Positions 29,959-39,159 of a stretch of 64,000 nucleotides of DNA are shown here, piece after piece. Location: positions 1 through 64,000 of the IMG/VR virus record IMGVR_UViG_3300006735_000018. The stretch is one strand, 5' to 3'. A program made the position numbers and the translations under genes. The first letter of the stretch is position 1. Each line of letters begins with the position of its first letter. This DNA is from a virus. A model generated the notes under the pieces. The model had not been told where the DNA came from and searched no databases. It saw nothing but the letters and a program-made list of their open reading frames with translations.

Positions 29959-30887
29959 TATGGGTTTATATATTCATAAAATTTTATAGGTGTAGTAAAA
30001 TCTCCACCTACTTGAGGACCCAAACCACTATTAGCGTTATATAAATTTATATCGTATTCATTAAACATGTATGTAAAATCTGTAGGGTCAAAAGTTAATT
30101 GATAGTAATAGTATTCTGGAATACTTAGTTTGTAAGTATTTAGTGGTTGTATTTTATTTATAAATTTATGTATTTTTCCTGTTTCAGCATTAAAAAACTT
30201 ACAAGACATATAGAATACATTATATTTTACTAATTCTCTATTCTTTAACCACTGTATATAATAATTTTCGGTATTTCTACCTATAGATGCAAATTCAAAC
30301 CTAGAGGATTCTAATTTATCATAGTAGTATGGTGGTCCATTATAGATACCATCTTGTAAATCTTCTATTTCTTTATCTCTATAAGCTAGTGGGTCATAGT
30401 TTATTGAGGTATCATCGTTAGATATTTCTAGTAATGAAGAATAAGGTCCTGTTTCGGTAAAACTTTTTCCATTGTTAGCAGGATTTATTATAGAAAAATA
30501 CAACCTTTGTCTTTGTGGGTCTGGTGTGTCATAAAAATCAAATTTAAAAAAACTTCTAGTAAAATTACTTTTTCTATCTATAATATCTGGGTGACTTATA
30601 CCTACAACCGAATAATCTGGAATGTAATCTAGTGGGTCAGCTGTTGCTGTGGAAACCATACTAAATTGCATATCATAAAATATGTGTTTTTCTGGATGTT
30701 CGGTTTTAGGTGAATATCTAGTAGTTTCAAAATCTTGTGTTATATTAATATTGTCCTGCATTTCTGACCTTTCATACAGTTCAACTAATTGTTCTCTACC
30801 TAAAGATTCATCAAAATCATTAGCTATAGGGAATGAAACTTTTTTATCAGTTTCACTTCTTAATATTCTCATTCTATTCACAGTCAT
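29958..30887 (-). CDS. Hypothetical baseplate-region protein
   Basis: 309 aa, overlaps both neighbours; aromatic-rich SFFKFDFYD and FYMSCKFFNA segments. Confidence 0.6.
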   Translation of the reverse strand: MTVNRMRILRSETDKKVSFPIANDFDESLGREQLVELYERSEMQDNINITQDFETTRYSPKTEHPEKHIFYDMQFSMVSTATADPLDYIPDYSVVGISHPDIIDRKSNFTRSFFKFDFYDTPDPQRQRLYFSIINPANNGKSFTETGPYSSLLEISNDDTSINYDPLAYRDKEIEDLQDGIYNGPPYYYDKLESSRFEFASIGRNTENYYIQWLKNRELVKYNVFYMSCKFFNAETGKIHKFINKIQPLNTYKLSIPEYYYYQLTFDPTDFTYMFNEYDINLYNANSGLGPQVGGDFTTPIKFYEYINP

Positions 30888-32610
30888 CTGCCGGTAAACT
30901 TATATAAGGTGGTGTTAGGTAATCTTTATCGATAATTATTGGTTTTATCTTAAAAATTACATTTGTGTATGGATAATGTGCCCCATTTACAAAAGGATAA
31001 TTTACCCCATTAGTTTCAGATTCGTAAAAACCTATAGGTAACATTTCTCTCCATCTAAATTGATTTTCGTAATTTGAGTAGGTTGCGTATTGTGAAACAA
31101 ATTCAAAATTATCATGTACCGAAGGTGCTTCTGATAATTTTCTAATAGGTATTCTATGGTGTGGTTGGTAGTAGTACCCTCCTTGTATTTCATTAAAACT
31201 ATTACCGTCTAGACCTGAATCGTAAAAAGAAAATCCGTCAGTTAAAATATCGTTATATGTTAATTTATGATAAACTTCAGATACTATTCTTTCACCTATG
31301 TCCCATTTATTGTACTCTACAAAAGCACCCGTAAAGGTATCACCACTCTGTGGTAAGTTCCAAGGTGTTGTAAGATTTGGTTCTATGTTATTATTTGGAT
31401 ATGGGTCTACAATTCCTGTTGGTTTAAAGTTCCAATCCCAACCGATACCTACAGGACTACCATTTTTAGTTTTCCAAATTCTAGTTTCATTAACAGCAAA
31501 AACACTTAAATATAAATCTAGAATAGGTCTTCCTAAGTTATCAGAATAATCACTAACATCTAAATCATTATTAAAATTCCACAAATATGATTTATAATCA
31601 CTTTTAGTAACTATATGTTCTATACCTAGAGTTGGTGCATCTTCATCCCTAAAATTTTTTTCTCTTTTAGAAAAAATACCAAACTCAAAACCAGTCCTAT
31701 CTAAAACATCGTCTGTTGGTTTTGTTAAAATTTTATGTGAATGAACATAATAATCTGATAGTGTTTCACTTACATTACTTGGGTCTATTAATCTTTTAAA
31801 TACACCAAAGTCACTATTAGTAACAGTTATAGTAGAATCTTGTAGTAGAACAGTAAACACTTTTTGTTCACTACCTAAGGTTTCATCACCTAATGAAAAA
31901 ATAGGTAATGTAGTTTTACCATTTAACATAGTGACCAAATTAACCCCACCCATTGTAGCGATAGTACCTGTTGTCTGTAAAACGATGTATTCACCCTCAT
32001 TTAGTCCATGATTTACTGGACAAGTAAACTTTACACCACTTTTACCTTGTATCTTAACATTTTCAACAAAAAATGGTATACCGTCACCAGCTTGAAATGT
32101 TATTCCAGAATAACTAACAACACCACTATCATCTTTTGATGAAATGGTATATTCCATTGGGTAGTCGGACACACTATCATGTATGTAAGATTCATATATT
32201 ACCCAATTATCCTTTTTTGCTTTTATTTCTTGGTAGTTATGTGCTGAAGTTAATGCTGTATATGTTATAAAGTCAAAAAAGCTACTTGCTGGATACCCAC
32301 ACGCAGCTGTAGATGCGGAAGGTATTATAGGGTCATAGTAAAGATGGTTAGAAACAAATAATGGGTCATAACTACAACCAGAAATAACATTATCATATAA
32401 AACATTTATTTTACCATATAATCTGTAAATATAACTTTCTTCTCGTTCTCTAATATATTGGTCTGCTAAATTTAATACTAAATTTCTTTCCCCTTCAATT
32501 AAAGTTCTAGTAGTGGACTCTAAAGAATATGGAATTCTTAAATTCTTATCTTGAGCACCTATATATTTTTGGGAACCTCTAACTATATGTAAACTTTCTG
32601 GATATCTCAT
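30874..32610 (-). CDS. Hypothetical baseplate-region protein
   Basis: 578 aa, coupled by TAATG; FTCPVNHGLNEGEYI resembles the beta module common in phage virion proteins. Confidence 0.6.
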   Translation of the reverse strand: MRYPESLHIVRGSQKYIGAQDKNLRIPYSLESTTRTLIEGERNLVLNLADQYIREREESYIYRLYGKINVLYDNVISGCSYDPLFVSNHLYYDPIIPSASTAACGYPASSFFDFITYTALTSAHNYQEIKAKKDNWVIYESYIHDSVSDYPMEYTISSKDDSGVVSYSGITFQAGDGIPFFVENVKIQGKSGVKFTCPVNHGLNEGEYIVLQTTGTIATMGGVNLVTMLNGKTTLPIFSLGDETLGSEQKVFTVLLQDSTITVTNSDFGVFKRLIDPSNVSETLSDYYVHSHKILTKPTDDVLDRTGFEFGIFSKREKNFRDEDAPTLGIEHIVTKSDYKSYLWNFNNDLDVSDYSDNLGRPILDLYLSVFAVNETRIWKTKNGSPVGIGWDWNFKPTGIVDPYPNNNIEPNLTTPWNLPQSGDTFTGAFVEYNKWDIGERIVSEVYHKLTYNDILTDGFSFYDSGLDGNSFNEIQGGYYYQPHHRIPIRKLSEAPSVHDNFEFVSQYATYSNYENQFRWREMLPIGFYESETNGVNYPFVNGAHYPYTNVIFKIKPIIIDKDYLTPPYISLPADDCE

Positions 32611-35600
32611 TATATTACTACGTAATCATCTGTGCTTTCTTTTTCTAATGGTACATACTTCTTAACAAATGTATCATAAGAAGTTGCTCCAGGTATTAAA
32701 CCAAAATAATAATGATAACCCATACCTAAAGATACTCTAGATTGTGGTTGATTTGCTGTTATAGGTGTTGTAGGTAAAGGTGTCCCGTTATTTGTTTGCC
32801 AAGTAAATATATCTTGTATGTTACCAAAAGCTATATCACTTTCGTTTGTTGCCCAATCCCCATCATACCATTGGGTACTACCATACCCACCACCATTTTT
32901 ATCCCAAGGAAAGAATGGTACTATTTGAGAGGTGTTGTTATTAACTTCAACTATACATTCTCTAATGTGTTCGGCTGAAGGATTTATAGTATCACCACTA
33001 CTTAATTGTACTGTCATTTCAACACTATCGTCTGAAGAACCTCCAGCACCTGGTACACTTACCGACCTATTTATCCAAGCGGCTTCTCCTTCAAATTGCC
33101 ATCCAAGTTGCCAAGTTGGATTACTTGGACTTATTTGTGCTGTAGAAGGCCAACTACTGTCCCACATGGTAGAACCATTAGCCCATGTGTTTCCACCAGA
33201 TGGTGGATAATCCCAACCCATGTTATCCGCTGTATATCTTGTAGCTGGGTCACAATCTGGCGGGTTACATAACACAGCAAAATAATTTATTTCAGCGGTA
33301 TCTGGTGCTTCATATTCTACCACACCTACCTCATTAAATTGTGATAGTATAGAAGCCATACCACCATTAAGTTCTCTTCTTCTACCTGGTTGTGACCAAG
33401 TTTCATTTCTTCTAAATGGTGTTCTTAAGTTTATTAAATCAAAAGCACTATTATTGTAGTTAACTATTTCATTTATAGCGTCAAATAAAAAATCACCCGC
33501 TCCATTAAATGTAGTACTTCCAATATTAGGTGCGACAGAACAACCTTCACTAGCACCTCCACTATTAGTACATATTTCACCTATATTAGTTTTTACTGGA
33601 CCTAAATCCATTATTGTAGTTGGCCAATGTAGATTTCTATTATTTGCTCCAGCAGCCTTTTCCTGACCTAAAGTAGCCATATACCCTATTGGTCCACCTA
33701 TTAAAAACCCAACTAATGGTGGTATACTAGCGTCAAAGAAAGGACTACCACGAAACACACCAGTTCCTGTGGCAAAATCATAACTATAAGGTGTACATCT
33801 ATAATAATATTGTTGGTCCCTTGTATGGAAATATACTATTTCGTCACAATGTTGTGACCTATACTTACCCTCAACTTTACTAGGTCTAATTTTAGCTCTA
33901 AATTGAAATGCGTATAATACCCCACCAACATAGTTATTTGACCAAAAATAATTCATTAGTCCGTCACACATAGACCTAAATAAATTTTCTCTTTTTCTCC
34001 AATCTATAATCATAGCTACCTTTGTAGGTTCTGAATTAAAAATACTTCCTATAGCACTTAAAATATTATCCCAATCAATACTATAACAACCTTGGTCTAA
34101 AGCTTTATCGTCATTTGTTGGTGTATTACACTCTAAGTAGTCATTATCGTCATCCCCTTCATCGTCGCAACCCACTAAACCACCACAACAATCTTGGTTT
34201 GCACTACCATTTACAGCGGTAGTGTAACAACCACATTTATCACACTCTGGATATTTTGTTAATCTTAAAAATAAACAACCAAAAATATCACTACAAGAAA
34301 CACTTAAACCGTTGGCTGCTTGTTCACAAGGACATGTGTTACAAGTACAATGTCTCTTTCTTTTCCTTTTACTCCAAAAATAAATTACATTACAAAGAAC
34401 ACATATAATACCCATAACCACACGGTAAATTAAATCTATTATAATCATAATTATAGCAACTATGGTACACACTAAAACCATAATAAAATATAGCATGGTG
34501 TATATTCCTTGTAAAAATCTTGTTATAAATTGATTGATTACAATTGCAAAATTAACATTTTTGTTAGCTGAGTTCATTGGGAATGGTGCTGCTTGTCCAG
34601 CACAACTATCTTCTTGTCTTGGTGCTATTTCTTTTACCCCTATAAAAGCATCTTTAGCTCTATGTTTCCAATGGTTATGAAATGATGTTAGGGTATATAC
34701 TTTAGAATATTCAAATTCATAAAAAACATCATTACATGATAGGATATCACCACTATCAACAGATGCTTCCGCGTAATCATAATAATTTACAGAAAAAGCA
34801 TAACTTCTTTGGTCTACAATTGTAGTTTGTGGTGGGTTTACACCTAAAATATTATATGGGAATGTGCTAGTAAAATCGACACCTTCTTTTGAGTGTTCTT
34901 TAATTTGTGGAACTAAAAAAGCTCCTCTTTTTCTTTGTCTTGCTGTACCAGTTGTTTCTAATGGTTTAATCCTAAATCTATATTTCCCTTTTGTTGGTAT
35001 TCCTATTCCTGGTTTTTTAGATATTTCTTGTTCACCAAATTCGTTTGTTATCACATAATCTAAATTCATTGGTACGTTAACTAGAAAGGCTCCATTTTCA
35101 TCAATTGTATACCCACCATTAATGTCAAATCTTTCTAAAACAGGCACCAATTCTGTTTGTCCTGGATTATTTGTATAACCAGTAGGTCTAACATCTTCTT
35201 TAAAAAATGGTGTCCACCTTATAGATTCTAAACTTCCTTGTGCGGGAGCTAAATTACAAAGTTCACCCATATCTCTTTTAGGTTTACAGTTTTTATTAAC
35301 TGATGACCTTTCTGTGTCAGTAACTAGTGAACCCATAAAAACAGCTGTAGGTTTTATTTCTACACTTCCAGATTCTCTTAAATCAAAATCGGCTCTAGTT
35401 ATTGTAGCTCCACATCCAGAATCTGCATCACCCCACAAAGGTTTTACATCTATAGATTTTGATAACATAACTATTTGTGGTAAAGCGTCTAGATTTGGGT
35501 CTGTTTTAAATTCTGCTCCATTAAAAGAAGCTTCTGGTTCTCCTTGTAATTTAAAATCTTCAGGTACCATTGAAAAACATCCTATGTCAGATAGGTCGAC

Positions 35601-36104
35601 ATTCATAACTAAAGTGTGTTCACCTAAAGGTACACCATAAATCATAAAGTCACCACTATCATTTGTTTTGGCTGTGTATTTGTAATATTTGTCATACACA
35701 TAAGAAACTTCTTGGTTAAGTAATGCGTTATCTAGGGATGGAAAACTACCTGTAGATTGGTGTCCGTTATAGTTTGGTACACTGGATAATAAATTATACC
35801 TATAACCTTCTTCATTTCTATAGTTTTGTGTTTTATAAGGATATAAGGCACTTATTACTGGATTTTCTTCATCCTCACTATCTAAAGGTACGAATACAGA
35901 TACTTTAGCGTTTGGTAGTCCGAAACCACCGTTAACTAGAACTCTACCACATACAACACCAAAATTAGAGCAGTCCTTTGGGTAAACATCTGTTTGATGT
36001 AACCTTAGACTTAATATTTCTAATAAATCAAAATCTTGATTTAAATCTAAAGTGATTTCTTTATCTACACCGATTTCGGTTCTAACTCTTAAACTTTTTA
36101 GCAT
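32610..36104 (-). CDS. Large baseplate-associated protein with Ig/carboxypeptidase-regulatory-like N-domain, long hydrophobic segment and Cys-rich region
   Basis: GVVCGRV..GLPNAKVSVF..KTNDSGDFMIYGVPLGEHTL beta-sandwich pattern; roughly 45-aa hydrophobic stretch; directly downstream of gp6-like gene. Confidence 0.6.
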   Translation of the reverse strand: MLKSLRVRTEIGVDKEITLDLNQDFDLLEILSLRLHQTDVYPKDCSNFGVVCGRVLVNGGFGLPNAKVSVFVPLDSEDEENPVISALYPYKTQNYRNEEGYRYNLLSSVPNYNGHQSTGSFPSLDNALLNQEVSYVYDKYYKYTAKTNDSGDFMIYGVPLGEHTLVMNVDLSDIGCFSMVPEDFKLQGEPEASFNGAEFKTDPNLDALPQIVMLSKSIDVKPLWGDADSGCGATITRADFDLRESGSVEIKPTAVFMGSLVTDTERSSVNKNCKPKRDMGELCNLAPAQGSLESIRWTPFFKEDVRPTGYTNNPGQTELVPVLERFDINGGYTIDENGAFLVNVPMNLDYVITNEFGEQEISKKPGIGIPTKGKYRFRIKPLETTGTARQRKRGAFLVPQIKEHSKEGVDFTSTFPYNILGVNPPQTTIVDQRSYAFSVNYYDYAEASVDSGDILSCNDVFYEFEYSKVYTLTSFHNHWKHRAKDAFIGVKEIAPRQEDSCAGQAAPFPMNSANKNVNFAIVINQFITRFLQGIYTMLYFIMVLVCTIVAIIMIIIDLIYRVVMGIICVLCNVIYFWSKRKRKRHCTCNTCPCEQAANGLSVSCSDIFGCLFLRLTKYPECDKCGCYTTAVNGSANQDCCGGLVGCDDEGDDDNDYLECNTPTNDDKALDQGCYSIDWDNILSAIGSIFNSEPTKVAMIIDWRKRENLFRSMCDGLMNYFWSNNYVGGVLYAFQFRAKIRPSKVEGKYRSQHCDEIVYFHTRDQQYYYRCTPYSYDFATGTGVFRGSPFFDASIPPLVGFLIGGPIGYMATLGQEKAAGANNRNLHWPTTIMDLGPVKTNIGEICTNSGGASEGCSVAPNIGSTTFNGAGDFLFDAINEIVNYNNSAFDLINLRTPFRRNETWSQPGRRRELNGGMASILSQFNEVGVVEYEAPDTAEINYFAVLCNPPDCDPATRYTADNMGWDYPPSGGNTWANGSTMWDSSWPSTAQISPSNPTWQLGWQFEGEAAWINRSVSVPGAGGSSDDSVEMTVQLSSGDTINPSAEHIRECIVEVNNNTSQIVPFFPWDKNGGGYGSTQWYDGDWATNESDIAFGNIQDIFTWQTNNGTPLPTTPITANQPQSRVSLGMGYHYYFGLIPGATSYDTFVKKYVPLEKESTDDYVVI

Positions 36105-36120
36105 TGCGTGGGTTTATATC

Positions 36121-36127
36121 ATAAATA
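36121..36127 (-). promoter_or_regulatory. TATTTAT motif, putative phage promoter
   Basis: Intergenic, upstream of ATG 36104. Confidence 0.5.
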
Positions 36128-36177
36128 GTTGTTATTGCAAAACTAAGAATAGGTTTAGGATTAAATTATGTAAATAA

Positions 36178-38031
36178 TTATGAAAAGTTTGGCCTGTTGA
36201 TTTGTTTAACACGTACACGAATATCAATATCTGGATATCTTACCTGTGGCATTTCATCTGGTTGGAAGAATAGTGTTTGGTCTACCACCCCTATTTGGTA
36301 TGTAGAACTAATTGTGGAACCTGAAACTAGTGGTTGTGACGTGATTGAATTGGAGTACGTCCCACCTACTTCGTTGTATACTCTGATATCTATAACATTT
36401 AACACACCTGGTTGTTCCGACACTCTAGCGTAAAGATTACTAAGACTAATAGTTTCCCCTAATTCATGAGAATCTATATCAAAAAAGTTTTTTACAGATT
36501 CTATAACATTAGAAACAACTTGTCCTTGATTTACATCGGTGGTTATTACTACATCTATATCTAAACTTAAATCGATTACTTTACCAGAAGATACTTCTAT
36601 ATAATCATTTAACATCCTATAGTTAGACAAATACTCAGATACGTTATTTTTTAAAGTAGAACTAACATTAGATGTTAAAGCTCCATTAGGTGAGTAGGAT
36701 AATAGACTAAGTTTTACTTTATTCTCTATTTCTGTAACACCAACTTTTGCTGCCGCACCAAAGTGAGCCGGCATTGTTCTTACTCTAGCTATATAATCAT
36801 TTATAGTGACCGCTCTATTTTGTGCTGCAAAGTTAAAGGTAACATAATTTCTAACTTCTTCGGTAGACATTTGGTCGTCACCACCTAAAGCTGATGTTAC
36901 GTTTGTAACTTGTAGACTATTAGATACGTTATTGTTAATTAGGGATACTGGTCCTGAAACTACAAAATCTATAAGACCTAACGAATTTATCGCTCCAGCT
37001 CCTAAATTAGAGGCTTTTCCACCACCAACCCTATACTGTATGAATAGTGTACTATTTGGTTTTGGTATTGTACCTAAAGAAATATTATTTATAAATTTAT
37101 TTAAATTTATATTAATCCCATATTTTGAAAACTCATCTAATAATTTTTGTGAATTGTTATTTCCACTACCAAAAGTTAAAAAAAAGAAACCTTCGGGAGT
37201 AAATTCCGTTATGAATTTATTATCAGTTCTTATATATTTACCAATTTTTAAACCAGGGTCATCAGCTGGAGTCGATTCATCTATTTCAAAAACTTCAGAT
37301 TCTGCCAATGCTTGCATTTCATACCATTTATTTTCTCTAGCTGTTATAAATTCTAAAGCTGAAGGTAAATTTGTATAACCTAAACCTTCTTTTTGTATTA
37401 CAGAAGTCACACCAAGTACATTTCTTTCTGGTAAAAATAATTTTAAAAATGGTTTACTATCTATATCGGTAATTTCTTTTTTAAACACTTTAGTTACACC
37501 ATTTACAACCACCTCTCTTTTAGTAATTGTGTAGTTTTGAATTATACCATTACTATTATAGTTTGGTACTTTGGTTCTATTTACAGCCCCTTCTACATTG
37601 TATTGTGATGAAAAGTCACAATCATTTACCAATTCAAATACTTGACCACCACCTCTTACTTGAGCTCCTCTTCTTAAAAAACCTAAATATCTACTATCTT
37701 CTTTATCCCCTCTTGCTGGGACCACAATAGAAAAATCACATAATGTTATAGATGGTCTATTTCCTGGTATTTTAAGCCCATAAGTTCTAGCTATATTAAA
37801 AATAGAACTTCTTTCCTGTGCATAATCTAAAACAGTTTCTTGTAACGACCTATCAATACTAAAATGTAAATTGTCAGCTACAGCAGCATTTAAATCTAAA
37901 AATACTGAAAATATAGAAGCGTCATTAGAATTTTTTATTAAATCTGGATAATATATATTTGTTAGTCTAAGTAGTTCATTTCTTAAACCTAGAAAATCTC
38001 TTTCTGTGTAAGCTATTTTTTTCTCTGCCAT
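36178..38031 (-). CDS. Baseplate wedge subunit (T4 gp6 / baseplate J-like)
   Basis: YTERDF, AQERSSIFNIARTYG, ITFGSG-like LTFGSG, YRVGGGKASN, AQNRAVTINDY motifs; adjacent to gp25-like gene. Confidence 0.9.
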   Translation of the reverse strand: MAEKKIAYTERDFLGLRNELLRLTNIYYPDLIKNSNDASIFSVFLDLNAAVADNLHFSIDRSLQETVLDYAQERSSIFNIARTYGLKIPGNRPSITLCDFSIVVPARGDKEDSRYLGFLRRGAQVRGGGQVFELVNDCDFSSQYNVEGAVNRTKVPNYNSNGIIQNYTITKREVVVNGVTKVFKKEITDIDSKPFLKLFLPERNVLGVTSVIQKEGLGYTNLPSALEFITARENKWYEMQALAESEVFEIDESTPADDPGLKIGKYIRTDNKFITEFTPEGFFFLTFGSGNNNSQKLLDEFSKYGININLNKFINNISLGTIPKPNSTLFIQYRVGGGKASNLGAGAINSLGLIDFVVSGPVSLINNNVSNSLQVTNVTSALGGDDQMSTEEVRNYVTFNFAAQNRAVTINDYIARVRTMPAHFGAAAKVGVTEIENKVKLSLLSYSPNGALTSNVSSTLKNNVSEYLSNYRMLNDYIEVSSGKVIDLSLDIDVVITTDVNQGQVVSNVIESVKNFFDIDSHELGETISLSNLYARVSEQPGVLNVIDIRVYNEVGGTYSNSITSQPLVSGSTISSTYQIGVVDQTLFFQPDEMPQVRYPDIDIRVRVKQINRPNFS

Positions 38032-38032
38032 G

Positions 38033-38539
38033 TTATAAATTTATAATTATAAAATCTCTTGTACCAAACACATCATCTTTTATACTATAATCTATAAAAA
38101 TTTTAGTAGTATATTCTTCAGTACCATCACCAGCTATTCTATATATTCTATCATCTAAGTCGGTGTCCAAGGTACTATCATTAGAAACTAATGATGGGTG
38201 GTTGGATGAATTATTTTTTCTTTCTTCTTCTCTAACGTCTTCCAAATTTTGTAATTTTATTTCATTAACAATTATATTTGGTATGTATTTTTGAATTACG
38301 TCTCTAAGTTCTGAGTCTATAGCTTGAAATGTTGTGGTGTCTAGTGGTTCAAAAATGTACTCGTATAATCTTGTACCAAAATCTGGTAAAAAGTACCTAG
38401 ACCCCTTTCTTGTTAATATAAGGTGTATCAAATCAGCTTTAGTTTCTTCCGCTACTGTAGTTGTTGTTTTTAAAAAAAAACCACTATCACTATCTTGGAA
38501 GGGAAAAGCTATACCATATCTTTCTCTAGCTATTGTCAT
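38033..38539 (-). CDS. Baseplate wedge subunit gp25 / GPW-like
   Basis: GIAFPF..LILTRKGSRYFLPDFGTRLYEYIFEP signature. Confidence 0.9.
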   Translation of the reverse strand: MTIARERYGIAFPFQDSDSGFFLKTTTTVAEETKADLIHLILTRKGSRYFLPDFGTRLYEYIFEPLDTTTFQAIDSELRDVIQKYIPNIIVNEIKLQNLEDVREEERKNNSSNHPSLVSNDSTLDTDLDDRIYRIAGDGTEEYTTKIFIDYSIKDDVFGTRDFIIINL

Positions 38540-38544
38540 ATTAA

Positions 38545-38551
38545 ATAAATA
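38545..38551 (-). promoter_or_regulatory. TATTTAT motif, putative phage promoter
   Basis: 5 nt upstream of the gp25-like start. Confidence 0.5.
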
Positions 38552-38563
38552 CTATAGTTTAAA

Positions 38564-38773
38564 TTATCTATTAACTCTTTGAAACATTCCTTCTAGGATT
38601 TCTTCTATTGCTGATATAACAGCGTACTCGTCATTACCCCAGTTGGACTTATGACGTTCAATAAGTCTTTCAACTATATATTTAACGTCTTTATCTAATA
38701 ATTCCCATTTTCTATCATCCTGGGGTTGCCAGTATGACTCCTCTCTTAATATTTTTTTAATTAGTTTGTCCAT
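38564..38773 (-). CDS. Small hypothetical protein, possible internal head protein
   Basis: Start more likely ATG at 38773 (MDKLIKKILREE), just downstream of a TATTTATA motif, than the track start at 38791. Confidence 0.6.
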   Translation of the reverse strand: MDKLIKKILREESYWQPQDDRKWELLDKDVKYIVERLIERHKSNWGNDEYAVISAIEEILEGMFQRVNR

Positions 38774-38996
38774 TATTATTATAAATATCACATCTAAGTT
38801 CTTTATTTAACTTAAGGTGTGGTGGCCAAAAAGGACAGTGTCTACAACCACTACCACAACAACTTCCTCTTCTTTTATGATACTCTTCTGTCATTACCAT
38901 AACACCTCCTTCCCAATAAAAATCTTTAGGTTGTAATTTAGGTTTTAAAAATTCCTTATAGTGTAACTCACTAATCCAATCGTCATTCCTTTTCAT
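38757..38996 (-). CDS. DUF5522-like small Cys-rich protein
   Basis: DFYWEGG.MVMTEEYHKRRGSCCGSGCRHCPF signature. Confidence 0.8.
   Translation of the reverse strand: MKRNDDWISELHYKEFLKPKLQPKDFYWEGGVMVMTEEYHKRRGSCCGSGCRHCPFWPPHLKLNKELRCDIYNNNGQTN
38780..38787 (-). promoter_or_regulatory. TATTTATA motif, putative phage promoter
   Basis: 6 nt upstream of ATG 38773, inside the 3' end of the DUF5522 gene. Confidence 0.5.
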
Positions 38997-39159
38997 TTTT
39001 CACTTCTTTTACTTCTTCTTTATGCCCACAACTAGGACAAGTTATTTTATTTTTTAATATGTCATTAGAAAACAAATGGTAGTCAGCAATTGACCACCAT
39101 TTATTACACTTACCACAATTAAAGTGGTATAATATTTCTTTACTAAATTTGTGTTTCAC
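38983..39159 (-). CDS. Small zinc-ribbon protein (58 aa, not in ORF track)
   Basis: GTG start; MKHKFSKEILYHFNCGKCNKWWSIADYHLFSNDILKNKITCPSCGHKEEVKEVKNEKE; two CxxC pairs; fills the gap and overlaps both neighbours. Confidence 0.75.
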   Translation of the reverse strand: MKHKFSKEILYHFNCGKCNKWWSIADYHLFSNDILKNKITCPSCGHKEEVKEVKNEKE

